A stretch of 24,000 nucleotides of DNA from Mucilaginibacter lappiensis (GTDB lineage Bacteria; Bacteroidota; Bacteroidia; Sphingobacteriales; Sphingobacteriaceae), in assembly GCF_900155965.1 (NCBI RefSeq), contig NZ_FTMG01000016.1, forward strand, positions 6,035 to 30,034, read 5' to 3'. This document shows positions 14,813 to 22,246 of the stretch, one piece after another. Position 1 is the stretch's first letter, and every line of letters begins with the position of its first letter. A program made the position numbers and the translations under genes. The notes below the pieces were generated by a model that saw only the letters and a program-made list of their open reading frames with translations, did not search any database and was not told the DNA's origin.

Positions 14813-16600
14813 TTAGGCAATCAGTTTTAAATAGTTGGTATTATCTTTTAACATTTTCATGCCTTCTGTGTAGGTCATGTATTTAAGATTTTTATTTTTC
14901 AGGTTGATGGCGCTGATATCATGTAGAAGCTTCCAATGTTTCATGATCTCTTTCCAGGCAAAAAATATGGAATGTTTAGGGTCATAAATATGGGTAGGTT
15001 CGCTGCCAGCTCCGTTCAACTCGATGATAGTAAAGTTTTTTCCCTGGCATAGTTCTTCCCAGGTATTGTACATCACATCCATCCTGCCGAAATAAAACTC
15101 AGGTATCTGCCGGCAAACAGCATCAATATTTTGGGTTAATTCCTCCGAGATCAAATGTGTTAGATCAATAAATTTAGCGCCCCTGGCGTGGTTGCCATAA
15201 GGAACCAATACCCGCTTTTCGTCTAAAGGTAATATCTCTTGAAGTTCAGTAGCATGGGTGATCATTAGCTCGGGTAACTGCAACAAATAGCGGGGTTCTT
15301 TGGCCATCAATTCGGCAATGGTGGATATGCCATTACCCGTAACTGTTAAAAATTCCTTACCCACAATACCCGATATATGACCTTTATCCTCACCCGGAAT
15401 CCTGTAATAAAATATCCCTACCTCATGTTGATATGGAACAAAAGCCTGCACTAAAAAATCAACTTTCATGGATTGTACGTATTGAGTTAGTTCCTGGTCG
15501 TTGTATATTTTCTTAACCAGTATGCCCCGGCCGCCTATATCGGGTTTCAGTATTAGTGGATAGCTTAAATTTTCTTGTTTGATGACTTGTTTTATTTGTT
15601 CTATCGGTGTTCTTGCTTTAAAGAAAAAAGTTTCCGGTTTGTATGGTTCGGGCATCTGGTAATGGATGAGCCATTTGCTTTCCATAGCAAAGCCACCGTT
15701 TTCGATTTGAGGATTCGCGGTATTAAAAAAGAAAAACGAACGTGATTTGAAACTCAGCCAAAACCAGTAAAACATAATGGGTGCATACACCGAATTGAAT
15801 GACCAGTACTCCCAGTTAAAAAGCCTGATCAGGAAGCGTTTTACAGCAAAAAAGCGCGGCAATATACCTGATGGATATATCTGAGCGGGGCTTTCAATAG
15901 CAAGGTCATTTACATATTGTTTATTTTCTTTCAGATCTTCATAGGTCATGGTGATGTTGCCATGCATTACGCTAATATTGGTTACGCTCATTGTTTTCAT
16001 TTTTCCGTCGCGGTTAATAACCAGGCCGTCCCGCAGATCTCCTTCACCGGCGTGTTTGTGAAAGTGGAGGATGTCATTGGTAGTTTTGGGGTAATCGGAT
16101 CGTTGCCAGTTACTAAACCAGTTCTCCCGTTTACCGGCCGCCATTTGATCATATAATGTAGCTGACGACCAGATATGGGCTGTATTTATGCTGATGGATG
16201 TAGTATGTTTTTCTTCCCCATCCCAGCGGCATTCATACAATTCGCCCGAGGTATACAATATCAATGTGAATGGTTCAACACCATTCAAATCCGTGGTGTT
16301 ATAGTAATGGGCGGGTAGCTCTGCTTCGATAATTTCCTTCAATACAATTCCGCGGCTTTTCCGGTAATTTTCTTGTCTTGCATGTTTTACAAATGCGCCG
16401 TTAAGCAGTACCACCAGGTCGCCATTATTTTTGGCTGCTATCCAGCTACCATGCTTATCCGGATCTTTAGGATAAAGCAATTTCGCGTTCCCGGTGTTAT
16501 AAATTTCAGGAGCAAGGGCGATGCCCCGGGTTATATGCTCATCCCGATTGGAGGTCAGAAAGAAACCATCTTTGCCGGGAATATAGGTTACTGTGCACAT
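14813..16600 (-). CDS. Fusion protein with an N-terminal NRDE/TANGO2-like (Cys1, Ntn-like) domain, a hydrophobic linker and a C-terminal ATP-grasp ligase domain
   Basis: The N-terminus is MCTVTYIP...LTSNRDEH, which includes the NRDE motif. The middle is aromatic and hydrophobic (WEYWSFNSVYAPIMFYWFWLSFKSRSFFFF). The C-terminal half (PLILKPDIGGRGILVKKI...FLVQAFV...IELNGAGSEPTHIYD) looks like an ATP-grasp domain. Its start overlaps the DinB gene by 13 nt. Confidence 0.7.
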   Translation of the reverse strand: MCTVTYIPGKDGFFLTSNRDEHITRGIALAPEIYNTGNAKLLYPKDPDKHGSWIAAKNNGDLVVLLNGAFVKHARQENYRKSRGIVLKEIIEAELPAHYYNTTDLNGVEPFTLILYTSGELYECRWDGEEKHTTSISINTAHIWSSATLYDQMAAGKRENWFSNWQRSDYPKTTNDILHFHKHAGEGDLRDGLVINRDGKMKTMSVTNISVMHGNITMTYEDLKENKQYVNDLAIESPAQIYPSGILPRFFAVKRFLIRLFNWEYWSFNSVYAPIMFYWFWLSFKSRSFFFFNTANPQIENGGFAMESKWLIHYQMPEPYKPETFFFKARTPIEQIKQVIKQENLSYPLILKPDIGGRGILVKKIYNDQELTQYVQSMKVDFLVQAFVPYQHEVGIFYYRIPGEDKGHISGIVGKEFLTVTGNGISTIAELMAKEPRYLLQLPELMITHATELQEILPLDEKRVLVPYGNHARGAKFIDLTHLISEELTQNIDAVCRQIPEFYFGRMDVMYNTWEELCQGKNFTIIELNGAGSEPTHIYDPKHSIFFAWKEIMKHWKLLHDISAINLKNKNLKYMTYTEGMKMLKDNTNYLKLIA

Positions 16601-17088
16601 GCCTTCCTGTATTTAAGTGTGGAGGCCGCAACTCCAAATTCTTCAGGGATATCAATCTCCGATACAGCATTAATACCGATGCGGATAAGTGCCATGTGGT
16701 GAACGGTATGCTCCATATTGTAAACCAGTTCGCGTAAATAGTTAGTTACTACTTCTGCCTGGTGATCAGCATCGGCTCCGTACTCTACATGTAAAGCAAA
16801 GCTCTTGTCGGGCTTATCTAAATGATCAGCTATTTGATGTAGTGCTGCAATGGCTGCGTTTTTATCAGATTCGATAGCATGGTTCCGGATACGTTTATCA
16901 TAATCAACCACCCCGCTTTCATAACCTTTATACAGTTCGATAAAAAACTCCAGGATGTGGCGAGTATGCTGCCCTATGCTTGAATGGGATAATAATTTTA
17001 CGGGTTGTGTATACTGTTCGTTTGTAAGATTATCTATAACAAACTCCAGTTGCTCCAATAAATTTATTATTGGCTTTTTAAGTTTCAT
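16588..17088 (-). CDS. DinB family (four-helix-bundle, metal-dependent) protein
   Basis: 166 aa. It carries His-rich motifs typical of DinB/YfiT-like proteins (GQHTRHILEF and EHTVHHMALI). Confidence 0.75.
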   Translation of the reverse strand: MKLKKPIINLLEQLEFVIDNLTNEQYTQPVKLLSHSSIGQHTRHILEFFIELYKGYESGVVDYDKRIRNHAIESDKNAAIAALHQIADHLDKPDKSFALHVEYGADADHQAEVVTNYLRELVYNMEHTVHHMALIRIGINAVSEIDIPEEFGVAASTLKYRKACAQ

Positions 17089-17110
17089 GATGTTTAAATT
17101 TATTATTTGC

Positions 17111-17512
17111 CTATGCGTGAATAAATGGGATATAGGACACCAATTGTTTTCTGAATATCAACAGGAGGATGGAACAGCAAATAAAAACTGCTAATGCCAG
17201 TACAAATAATTGTCCTCCGTCGTTTTGTACAACGATGCCTAATTTGGTGAGGTGTGACAGCAGTGCACCGGCCATAATGCCTACTGCTAATAACGCACCC
17301 AGGCTGGTGGTTTTGGGAATTAACAACAGGATGGAGGCTATCAGTTCTAAAGAGCCGATCCCGATTCGTCCCCAGGGCTCTAAACCAAGGGTTGAAAAAA
17401 TATATACTGATTCCGGGGCTGCTGTAAACTTAAAATATAAGGTTTGGAGCATAATTATCGCGGCGGCAAGGCGCAATACCCAGGCTAAAATATTGATGGG
17501 TGTACTTGTCAT
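17111..17512 (-). CDS. DoxX family inner-membrane protein
   Basis: 133 aa with four hydrophobic helices. The pattern (LRLAAAIIMLQTLYFKF...GSLELIASILLLIPKT...GIMAGALLSHL) is typical of DoxX. Confidence 0.78.
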   Translation of the reverse strand: MTSTPINILAWVLRLAAAIIMLQTLYFKFTAAPESVYIFSTLGLEPWGRIGIGSLELIASILLLIPKTTSLGALLAVGIMAGALLSHLTKLGIVVQNDGGQLFVLALAVFICCSILLLIFRKQLVSYIPFIHA

Positions 17513-17523
17513 AATTTTATTTT

Positions 17524-18210
17524 TTAATGATGTTGGGCGATTGGGGTATGATTTGTAGCTAACCTCAATGCAGCCTTGGTTATATCACGACCAGCCTCTT
17601 GTTTGGATTGAAGCGGGAATGATTGAAATACCACATCTTTATTGATGATGGTGATCTTATTGGTATCAAAACCGAAGGTAGCTCCGCTATCCTGGGTTGA
17701 GTTTAGTACAATAAGGTCGAAGTTCTTTTTATATAGTTTATGTACTGCATTTTGCTCCTCGTTATTTGTCTCTAAAGCAAAACCTACTGCAATTTGATCG
17801 TTCCGTTTCACCTGCCCGAATTCACAGGCGATGTCTACATTCTTAACCATTTTCAGCTCAAATTCACTTGCCGATTTCTTCATCTTATAGGTGAAAATTT
17901 CGGCGGGTTTATAATCAGCAACCGCCGCTGCAAAAACAACGATCTGTGCCGATTGGAAATAGGGCTGGCTGGCCGCAAACATTTCATCCGCCGATTGAAC
18001 ATGAATAATGCTGAGGTTAGGATGAGCTAATGCTAAACCTACCGGGCCAGATACCAGGACAACAGTGCAACCCTGCTCTAAGAAAGCGGAGGCGATAGCA
18101 TAACCCATTTTGCCCGATGAGTGATTACTGATATAGCGCACCGGGTCAATGGCTTCCCGGGTAGGCCCCACGGTAATTAATACCAAAGGACCCTTTGTGG
18201 TGGTGTTCAT
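17524..18210 (-). CDS. Stand-alone CoaB-type phosphopantothenate--cysteine ligase domain protein (no CoaC flavoprotein domain)
   Basis: 228 aa. It aligns by eye to the C-terminal half of E. coli Dfp/CoaBC (ITVGPTREAIDPVRYISNHSSGKMGYAIA, AAAVADYKP, MVKNVDI, VGFALETNN). Confidence 0.85.
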   Translation of the reverse strand: MNTTTKGPLVLITVGPTREAIDPVRYISNHSSGKMGYAIASAFLEQGCTVVLVSGPVGLALAHPNLSIIHVQSADEMFAASQPYFQSAQIVVFAAAVADYKPAEIFTYKMKKSASEFELKMVKNVDIACEFGQVKRNDQIAVGFALETNNEEQNAVHKLYKKNFDLIVLNSTQDSGATFGFDTNKITIINKDVVFQSFPLQSKQEAGRDITKAALRLATNHTPIAQHH

Positions 18211-18216
18211 GACGGG

Positions 18217-18660
18217 TTAGTTATTGTCCTTTATTGCAGGCCATTTTTCATCGGCCGTTTTGATCAGGTTTTGCTGATCTTTTGACCACATCTCTTTCAC
18301 CTTGCTGTTGTAGTTGAAATAAAGCTTATCGTTTACTACTGTCCAGGTATCAGTTTGAGTAGGAGCCTTGTGCCCTTGTGATAAACCATAAGCGCAATAA
18401 CCACCATATTGAGGAGCATATTTATCCGGATCGGATTTAAATGCTTCCAGATTTTTGCGGGATGCGAAAAGCCAGGTGGCTTCTTTCCATTGGTAGCTCA
18501 GGCTATCAGAGCCCTTCATTGGTTTTGACTCTGTAAAAAAGGCAACTGGATCGTAACCTTTAATGGCTTTACCGCCAGGTGCAAATATTTCTGATTTTTG
18601 TGCTTTTGCCTGTGCTATTCCTAAAAAAGCGATGAAGGCGATAAGAATGGTGCGTTTCAT
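18217..18660 (-). CDS. Secreted YHS-domain protein (paralog B)
   Basis: It has a signal peptide. The motifs GYDPVAFF and YAPQYGGYCAYG match the YHS-domain proteins that are common in Bacteroidota. Confidence 0.75.
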   Translation of the reverse strand: MKRTILIAFIAFLGIAQAKAQKSEIFAPGGKAIKGYDPVAFFTESKPMKGSDSLSYQWKEATWLFASRKNLEAFKSDPDKYAPQYGGYCAYGLSQGHKAPTQTDTWTVVNDKLYFNYNSKVKEMWSKDQQNLIKTADEKWPAIKDNN

Positions 18661-18708
18661 ATGAATTATTTAATTAGTGTGCGAAATAAGTTTTATAGGG
18701 GAAATGGT

Positions 18709-19179
18709 TTACTGAATGATCTTGGCCCAGTTAGCATCGGCTTTTCTTTTAAGATTGCTTTCGTCTTTATCCCAGGATTTTTTGGTGTTATTAAAAAACT
18801 TATTGTAGAAAAGGTAAAGCTTACCATCAAGCAGTTTAAAAGTGCCGGGATCAATATCTACCTTCTCGCCGGTTGCTCCCATGGCATAAGCACACCAGCC
18901 GCCGTATTGTGGCTGATATTTAGCAGGGCTGGCTTTAAACAGATCCCTGTTTTGTATTGATGAAAAACGGTAGGTGATACCTTCTATAACGAGAGTAATA
19001 TCTTTTTTTCCTTCCTGAGCTTTGTGGGCGGTGAAGTAGGAAACCGGGTCATAACCCCTGATAGCTAATCCGGAATCATCCAGGTTAAATTGTTTTTTGT
19101 GAAATTCGGTAGCGTTTTGTGCTGAAGCTACGCGAATAATAAATAGAGCTGCAACAAGCAGGGCGAACATTTTTTTCAT
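18709..19179 (-). CDS. Secreted YHS-domain protein (paralog A)
   Basis: It has a signal peptide. The motifs GYDPVSYF and YQPQYGGWCAYA are present. It is a clear paralog of the adjacent gene. Confidence 0.75.
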   Translation of the reverse strand: MKKMFALLVAALFIIRVASAQNATEFHKKQFNLDDSGLAIRGYDPVSYFTAHKAQEGKKDITLVIEGITYRFSSIQNRDLFKASPAKYQPQYGGWCAYAMGATGEKVDIDPGTFKLLDGKLYLFYNKFFNNTKKSWDKDESNLKRKADANWAKIIQ

Positions 19180-19316
19180 GATCTTATTATCTTGATTAGT
19201 TGTTTTGCTGCTTTGTCGGAGATTACCGGCGATCCTTACAATAATTTTTAATTAATTAGCAAAGGGCCGGATAGATGAAGCTTGCGGAAGGGGAGACTTT
19301 CCTAGGATGTATTAAA

Positions 19317-19354
19317 GAAAAAGCCCCTGAATTCTAAAATTCAGGGGCTTTTTC
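19317..19354. terminator. Bidirectional rho-independent terminator ending the upstream PUL transcription unit
   Basis: It has a perfect 17-bp stem (GAAAAAGCCCCTGAATT / AATTCAGGGGCTTTTTC) and a 4-nt loop, with A- and T-rich flanks on both sides. It lies 33 nt downstream of the DUF3472-like stop codon on the minus strand. Confidence 0.85.
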
Positions 19355-19386
19355 TTTTTAGCCAGAACATATTACACTATTTATAT

Positions 19387-20508
19387 CTATGGCTTTTTTT
19401 CTTCCAAAACTGTTTTTTTAATTGGAGAAAGCTGACCAAAAATATCTGTTATCTGCAGGGCTATATAATAATCCTGGGCTTTCAGATTCATACCTTTAAC
19501 TAAAAAACCTGTGCTGGTGAGGTCCGGGTCAGTTCCTTTGATAGATGCAATGGGATTGCCAGCATATGAGCTATTTTCATATATTTTTATCTCATAGCTT
19601 AACTGTGGTGTTGCGGTTGGTAACATGCTCCAGTTTACAAAGATCTTTTTCTGTGAATGATCATAATAGGATGCCAGGTCATAAATACTAGCCGGCAGAA
19701 TCTCTGGTTTATCTTTTTGATGAGTGGGATAAAAAGTTTTCGGCTGTCCCGGAGTTGTACCGCATGAAGTTATTTTTACACCATCATTACCATATTTTTC
19801 CGCCTTCCATGAACCGTCACCTGCTTCAGCTACCAGGGAGTCCGGATGTGCCCATTTGTTCTGATCGGTTAACATCCAGTAAGATTTGTAAACCGCTGTT
19901 CTGGATCTTTTCTGCTCATCGGCAAAGTTTTCCAGGAAACTGCCAATATCGCCATGAAGCATAGCTTCCTTTTCGGGCACCACAAAGGTTACATAATGCC
20001 GGTAAGTTTTCTCGCTTTGGTCATATATCCAGTAACCAACCATTGTTGTAGAATCATTTACTGTCCATCGTTTTACAATATTGGTGTACCAATGATCGGG
20101 CTTCCAACCAAAATCGGCATGTGAGTGCAATCCGGTCCCCTCACCACCAAAGCCACCAACAAAAGTTAGCGGGTCCTTATACTGTGCTGATAACTGAACC
20201 TTGTTAGGAAAATCCCAGATGGAAAATATGTTATTGGGCATACGTGTTTCATTTAATCCCGCCTTTTGTATCCCGCAATAACCACCGCTTTTGCCAATAC
20301 CAAACTGCACACTGCAGGCATAAGTATATGGAGCCAAGCCATCTGCCGGAAACATCACATCAGCCATCATCAGTTCGGCTTTAATCTTATTCATTTTTAC
20401 CGTTTTTACATATGGCCCCCATTTTGGACAGCTCTGCTGAGCAAGGCTATATGTAGCCGTGGCTAGTGTTAGTATCGGAATAAAAAGGTACTTTATATTT
20501 AATTTCAT
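19387..20508 (-). CDS. Secreted DUF3472-like protein with a C-terminal Fn3/Ig-like module
   Basis: 373 aa with a signal peptide. The segments GKSGGYCGIQ...IFSIWDFP...GGFGGEGTGLHSH resemble DUF3472. The family call is from memory only. Confidence 0.5.
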   Translation of the reverse strand: MKLNIKYLFIPILTLATATYSLAQQSCPKWGPYVKTVKMNKIKAELMMADVMFPADGLAPYTYACSVQFGIGKSGGYCGIQKAGLNETRMPNNIFSIWDFPNKVQLSAQYKDPLTFVGGFGGEGTGLHSHADFGWKPDHWYTNIVKRWTVNDSTTMVGYWIYDQSEKTYRHYVTFVVPEKEAMLHGDIGSFLENFADEQKRSRTAVYKSYWMLTDQNKWAHPDSLVAEAGDGSWKAEKYGNDGVKITSCGTTPGQPKTFYPTHQKDKPEILPASIYDLASYYDHSQKKIFVNWSMLPTATPQLSYEIKIYENSSYAGNPIASIKGTDPDLTSTGFLVKGMNLKAQDYYIALQITDIFGQLSPIKKTVLEEKKP

Positions 20509-20532
20509 GTGCTTTAAATAAGCTTAAATTAA

Positions 20533-21528
20533 CTAGTTGTGTGCTGCATCTATCGTTTGTTCTACTACCAGGTAAGAGCCCGGTACGTATATGCGTATAG
20601 GGAACCGAAGATTCAAACTATACATTCCATCGGGTAATCCGTCATTATGCACAAACTGGGTAGGTATCCTCTGGTAAATATTAAATTGGTTACCTAAGGT
20701 ATTTAATGGAAATGGCGTAAATGGGAATCTAAACACCGAGGCATCGTCGGTATAATAATATGATTTAGTGTACTGCTGTAATGATTGTAAGTAAGGCGGA
20801 TTAGGATTTAACCCAGCGGCCGGCCGGCTGATGATCTCTCCTTTTTTAGGATTAAAAAATACGCCGTTTTTATCCTTATACTTAACAGTGATCACATTCG
20901 GGGTATCAGCAACTCTGGTTACCGTTAACAATGGCGGTTTACCCACTACAGATTTACTTTCATTACCAACCATTATCCTGGTTTCGCTGGTTGATCCTAT
21001 AGTTGGTATCGACTCAAAGGTGGTGGTATCCCGGAGTAAGAAATCGCCTATTTTGGGGTATACTTTTGTCCCAGTTTCGTTTTTTATTTCCAGGTCAAAT
21101 TGATATTCTCCGGCGGGTAGTTGTAGGGCTCCGTAGTTGCCTAATATCTGGCCACTGGAAGGGTTAATGGAAATAGGCGCTACATTAATGGTTTTAAGTT
21201 TAGCATTGATTAGTTGCAGGGTGGTATCTGTTTTAGGGTCATACAATCCTGTCCAAACAGAAACGGGGTATGTTTTGCTAAACAGATCATCTACAATTTT
21301 ACCGGTTGCTTTATCATAAAAATGGATCACTTTTACCGAAAAAGGTTGCGAGGTCCCGTCGCCATTCAATCCTGCACTAAGAAATGCCCGCCCTTTTGGA
21401 ATGATGATAGGGCTTTGCTCATAATGAATATATGGGCTCAAAAAGCCAGTGCCTGTTTTTTTACATGCGTAGCTTGTTACTAAACATATAATGAGTAATG
21501 GGATATATATAAAGAGGTTACGTTTCAT
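20533..21528 (-). CDS. PUL-associated surface lipoprotein (DUF5007-like)
   Basis: The ORF track starts at 21576. The Met at 21528 gives a lipoprotein signal (MKRNLFIYIPLLIICLVTSYAC) and removes the overlap with the upstream gene. Its position after the SusD and fasciclin genes is typical of DUF5007 genes (from memory). Confidence 0.55.
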   Translation of the reverse strand: MKRNLFIYIPLLIICLVTSYACKKTGTGFLSPYIHYEQSPIIIPKGRAFLSAGLNGDGTSQPFSVKVIHFYDKATGKIVDDLFSKTYPVSVWTGLYDPKTDTTLQLINAKLKTINVAPISINPSSGQILGNYGALQLPAGEYQFDLEIKNETGTKVYPKIGDFLLRDTTTFESIPTIGSTSETRIMVGNESKSVVGKPPLLTVTRVADTPNVITVKYKDKNGVFFNPKKGEIISRPAAGLNPNPPYLQSLQQYTKSYYYTDDASVFRFPFTPFPLNTLGNQFNIYQRIPTQFVHNDGLPDGMYSLNLRFPIRIYVPGSYLVVEQTIDAAHN

Positions 21529-21535
21529 GTTGTGG

Positions 21536-22225
21536 TTATTGTTTAAAAAATAAAACATGTGAGTTACTAAGCACATTAAGTTGGCCTGTTGAAGTGGTAA
21601 GACCTGTTGTTTGGCACAGTACCCGAACCCCTACGGTATCTGGTATGTCTGATGCTACTACAACATTGGGTAGTTTCCCTTTTATAAATGTGTAGTACTC
21701 TATACTCGGAGCAGTACTGGTTGCAGAGGTGTAGCCTAAATTAGGGTCATATGTTTTTTCGAACGATACTACCGCCTGGCTCCCGGTTTTGGAAGTATTG
21801 AAAACAACCCCATTTTCGGTTAGTGAACCATAAGTTACTGTTTTAGGAATGATGTAAGTGTTCAGTGAATCTTTAAAAACGTTCAGATCGTATTTGATCA
21901 ACGTATCGATACTATACCTGGCAAAGGGATTCTTTTTTTGAGCCTGTAAAGTTTTTGCTTGTAAATAATTGTTAATGGCAAAATCTGTTGGTGCATAAAA
22001 TGTGATACCTTTTTGATTGATCACATCTTTTAATCCAGCCTTATCAACCACCAATAATAAAGTATCAAACATATTATATCTGTTACTTTTTAAATAATCA
22101 TAAGTGCTTAAAGTTGTGGTTGTGTTTTCCAGTTTACCACCAACGATATAATCGTTTTTTTTGCATGAAACCAGTATGATACCGGCCAATGCAGAAATCA
22201 TAAAGAATTTAATTATATTTTTCAT
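21536..22225 (-). CDS. Fasciclin (FAS1) domain lipoprotein
   Basis: It has a lipoprotein signal (ILVSC). The segments LLLVVDKAGLKDVINQKGITFYAPTDFAINNYL are typical of a FAS1 domain. Confidence 0.7.
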   Translation of the reverse strand: MKNIIKFFMISALAGIILVSCKKNDYIVGGKLENTTTTLSTYDYLKSNRYNMFDTLLLVVDKAGLKDVINQKGITFYAPTDFAINNYLQAKTLQAQKKNPFARYSIDTLIKYDLNVFKDSLNTYIIPKTVTYGSLTENGVVFNTSKTGSQAVVSFEKTYDPNLGYTSATSTAPSIEYYTFIKGKLPNVVVASDIPDTVGVRVLCQTTGLTTSTGQLNVLSNSHVLFFKQ

Positions 22226-22246
22226 TTTTTTATCTGTTTAAGTGAA

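Noticed and set aside
18661-18960. A 99-aa plus-strand ORF spanning the gap between the two YHS genes
   Set aside because: It is mostly antisense to the well-supported YHS paralog at 18709-19179, has no recognisable domain, and would collide with an otherwise tightly packed minus-strand operon.
21529-21576. Upstream start (MCLVTHMFYFLNNNHN...) for the DUF5007-like gene
   Set aside because: It would overlap the fasciclin gene by 41 nt. The Met at 21528 gives a proper lipoprotein signal peptide with a Cys lipobox.
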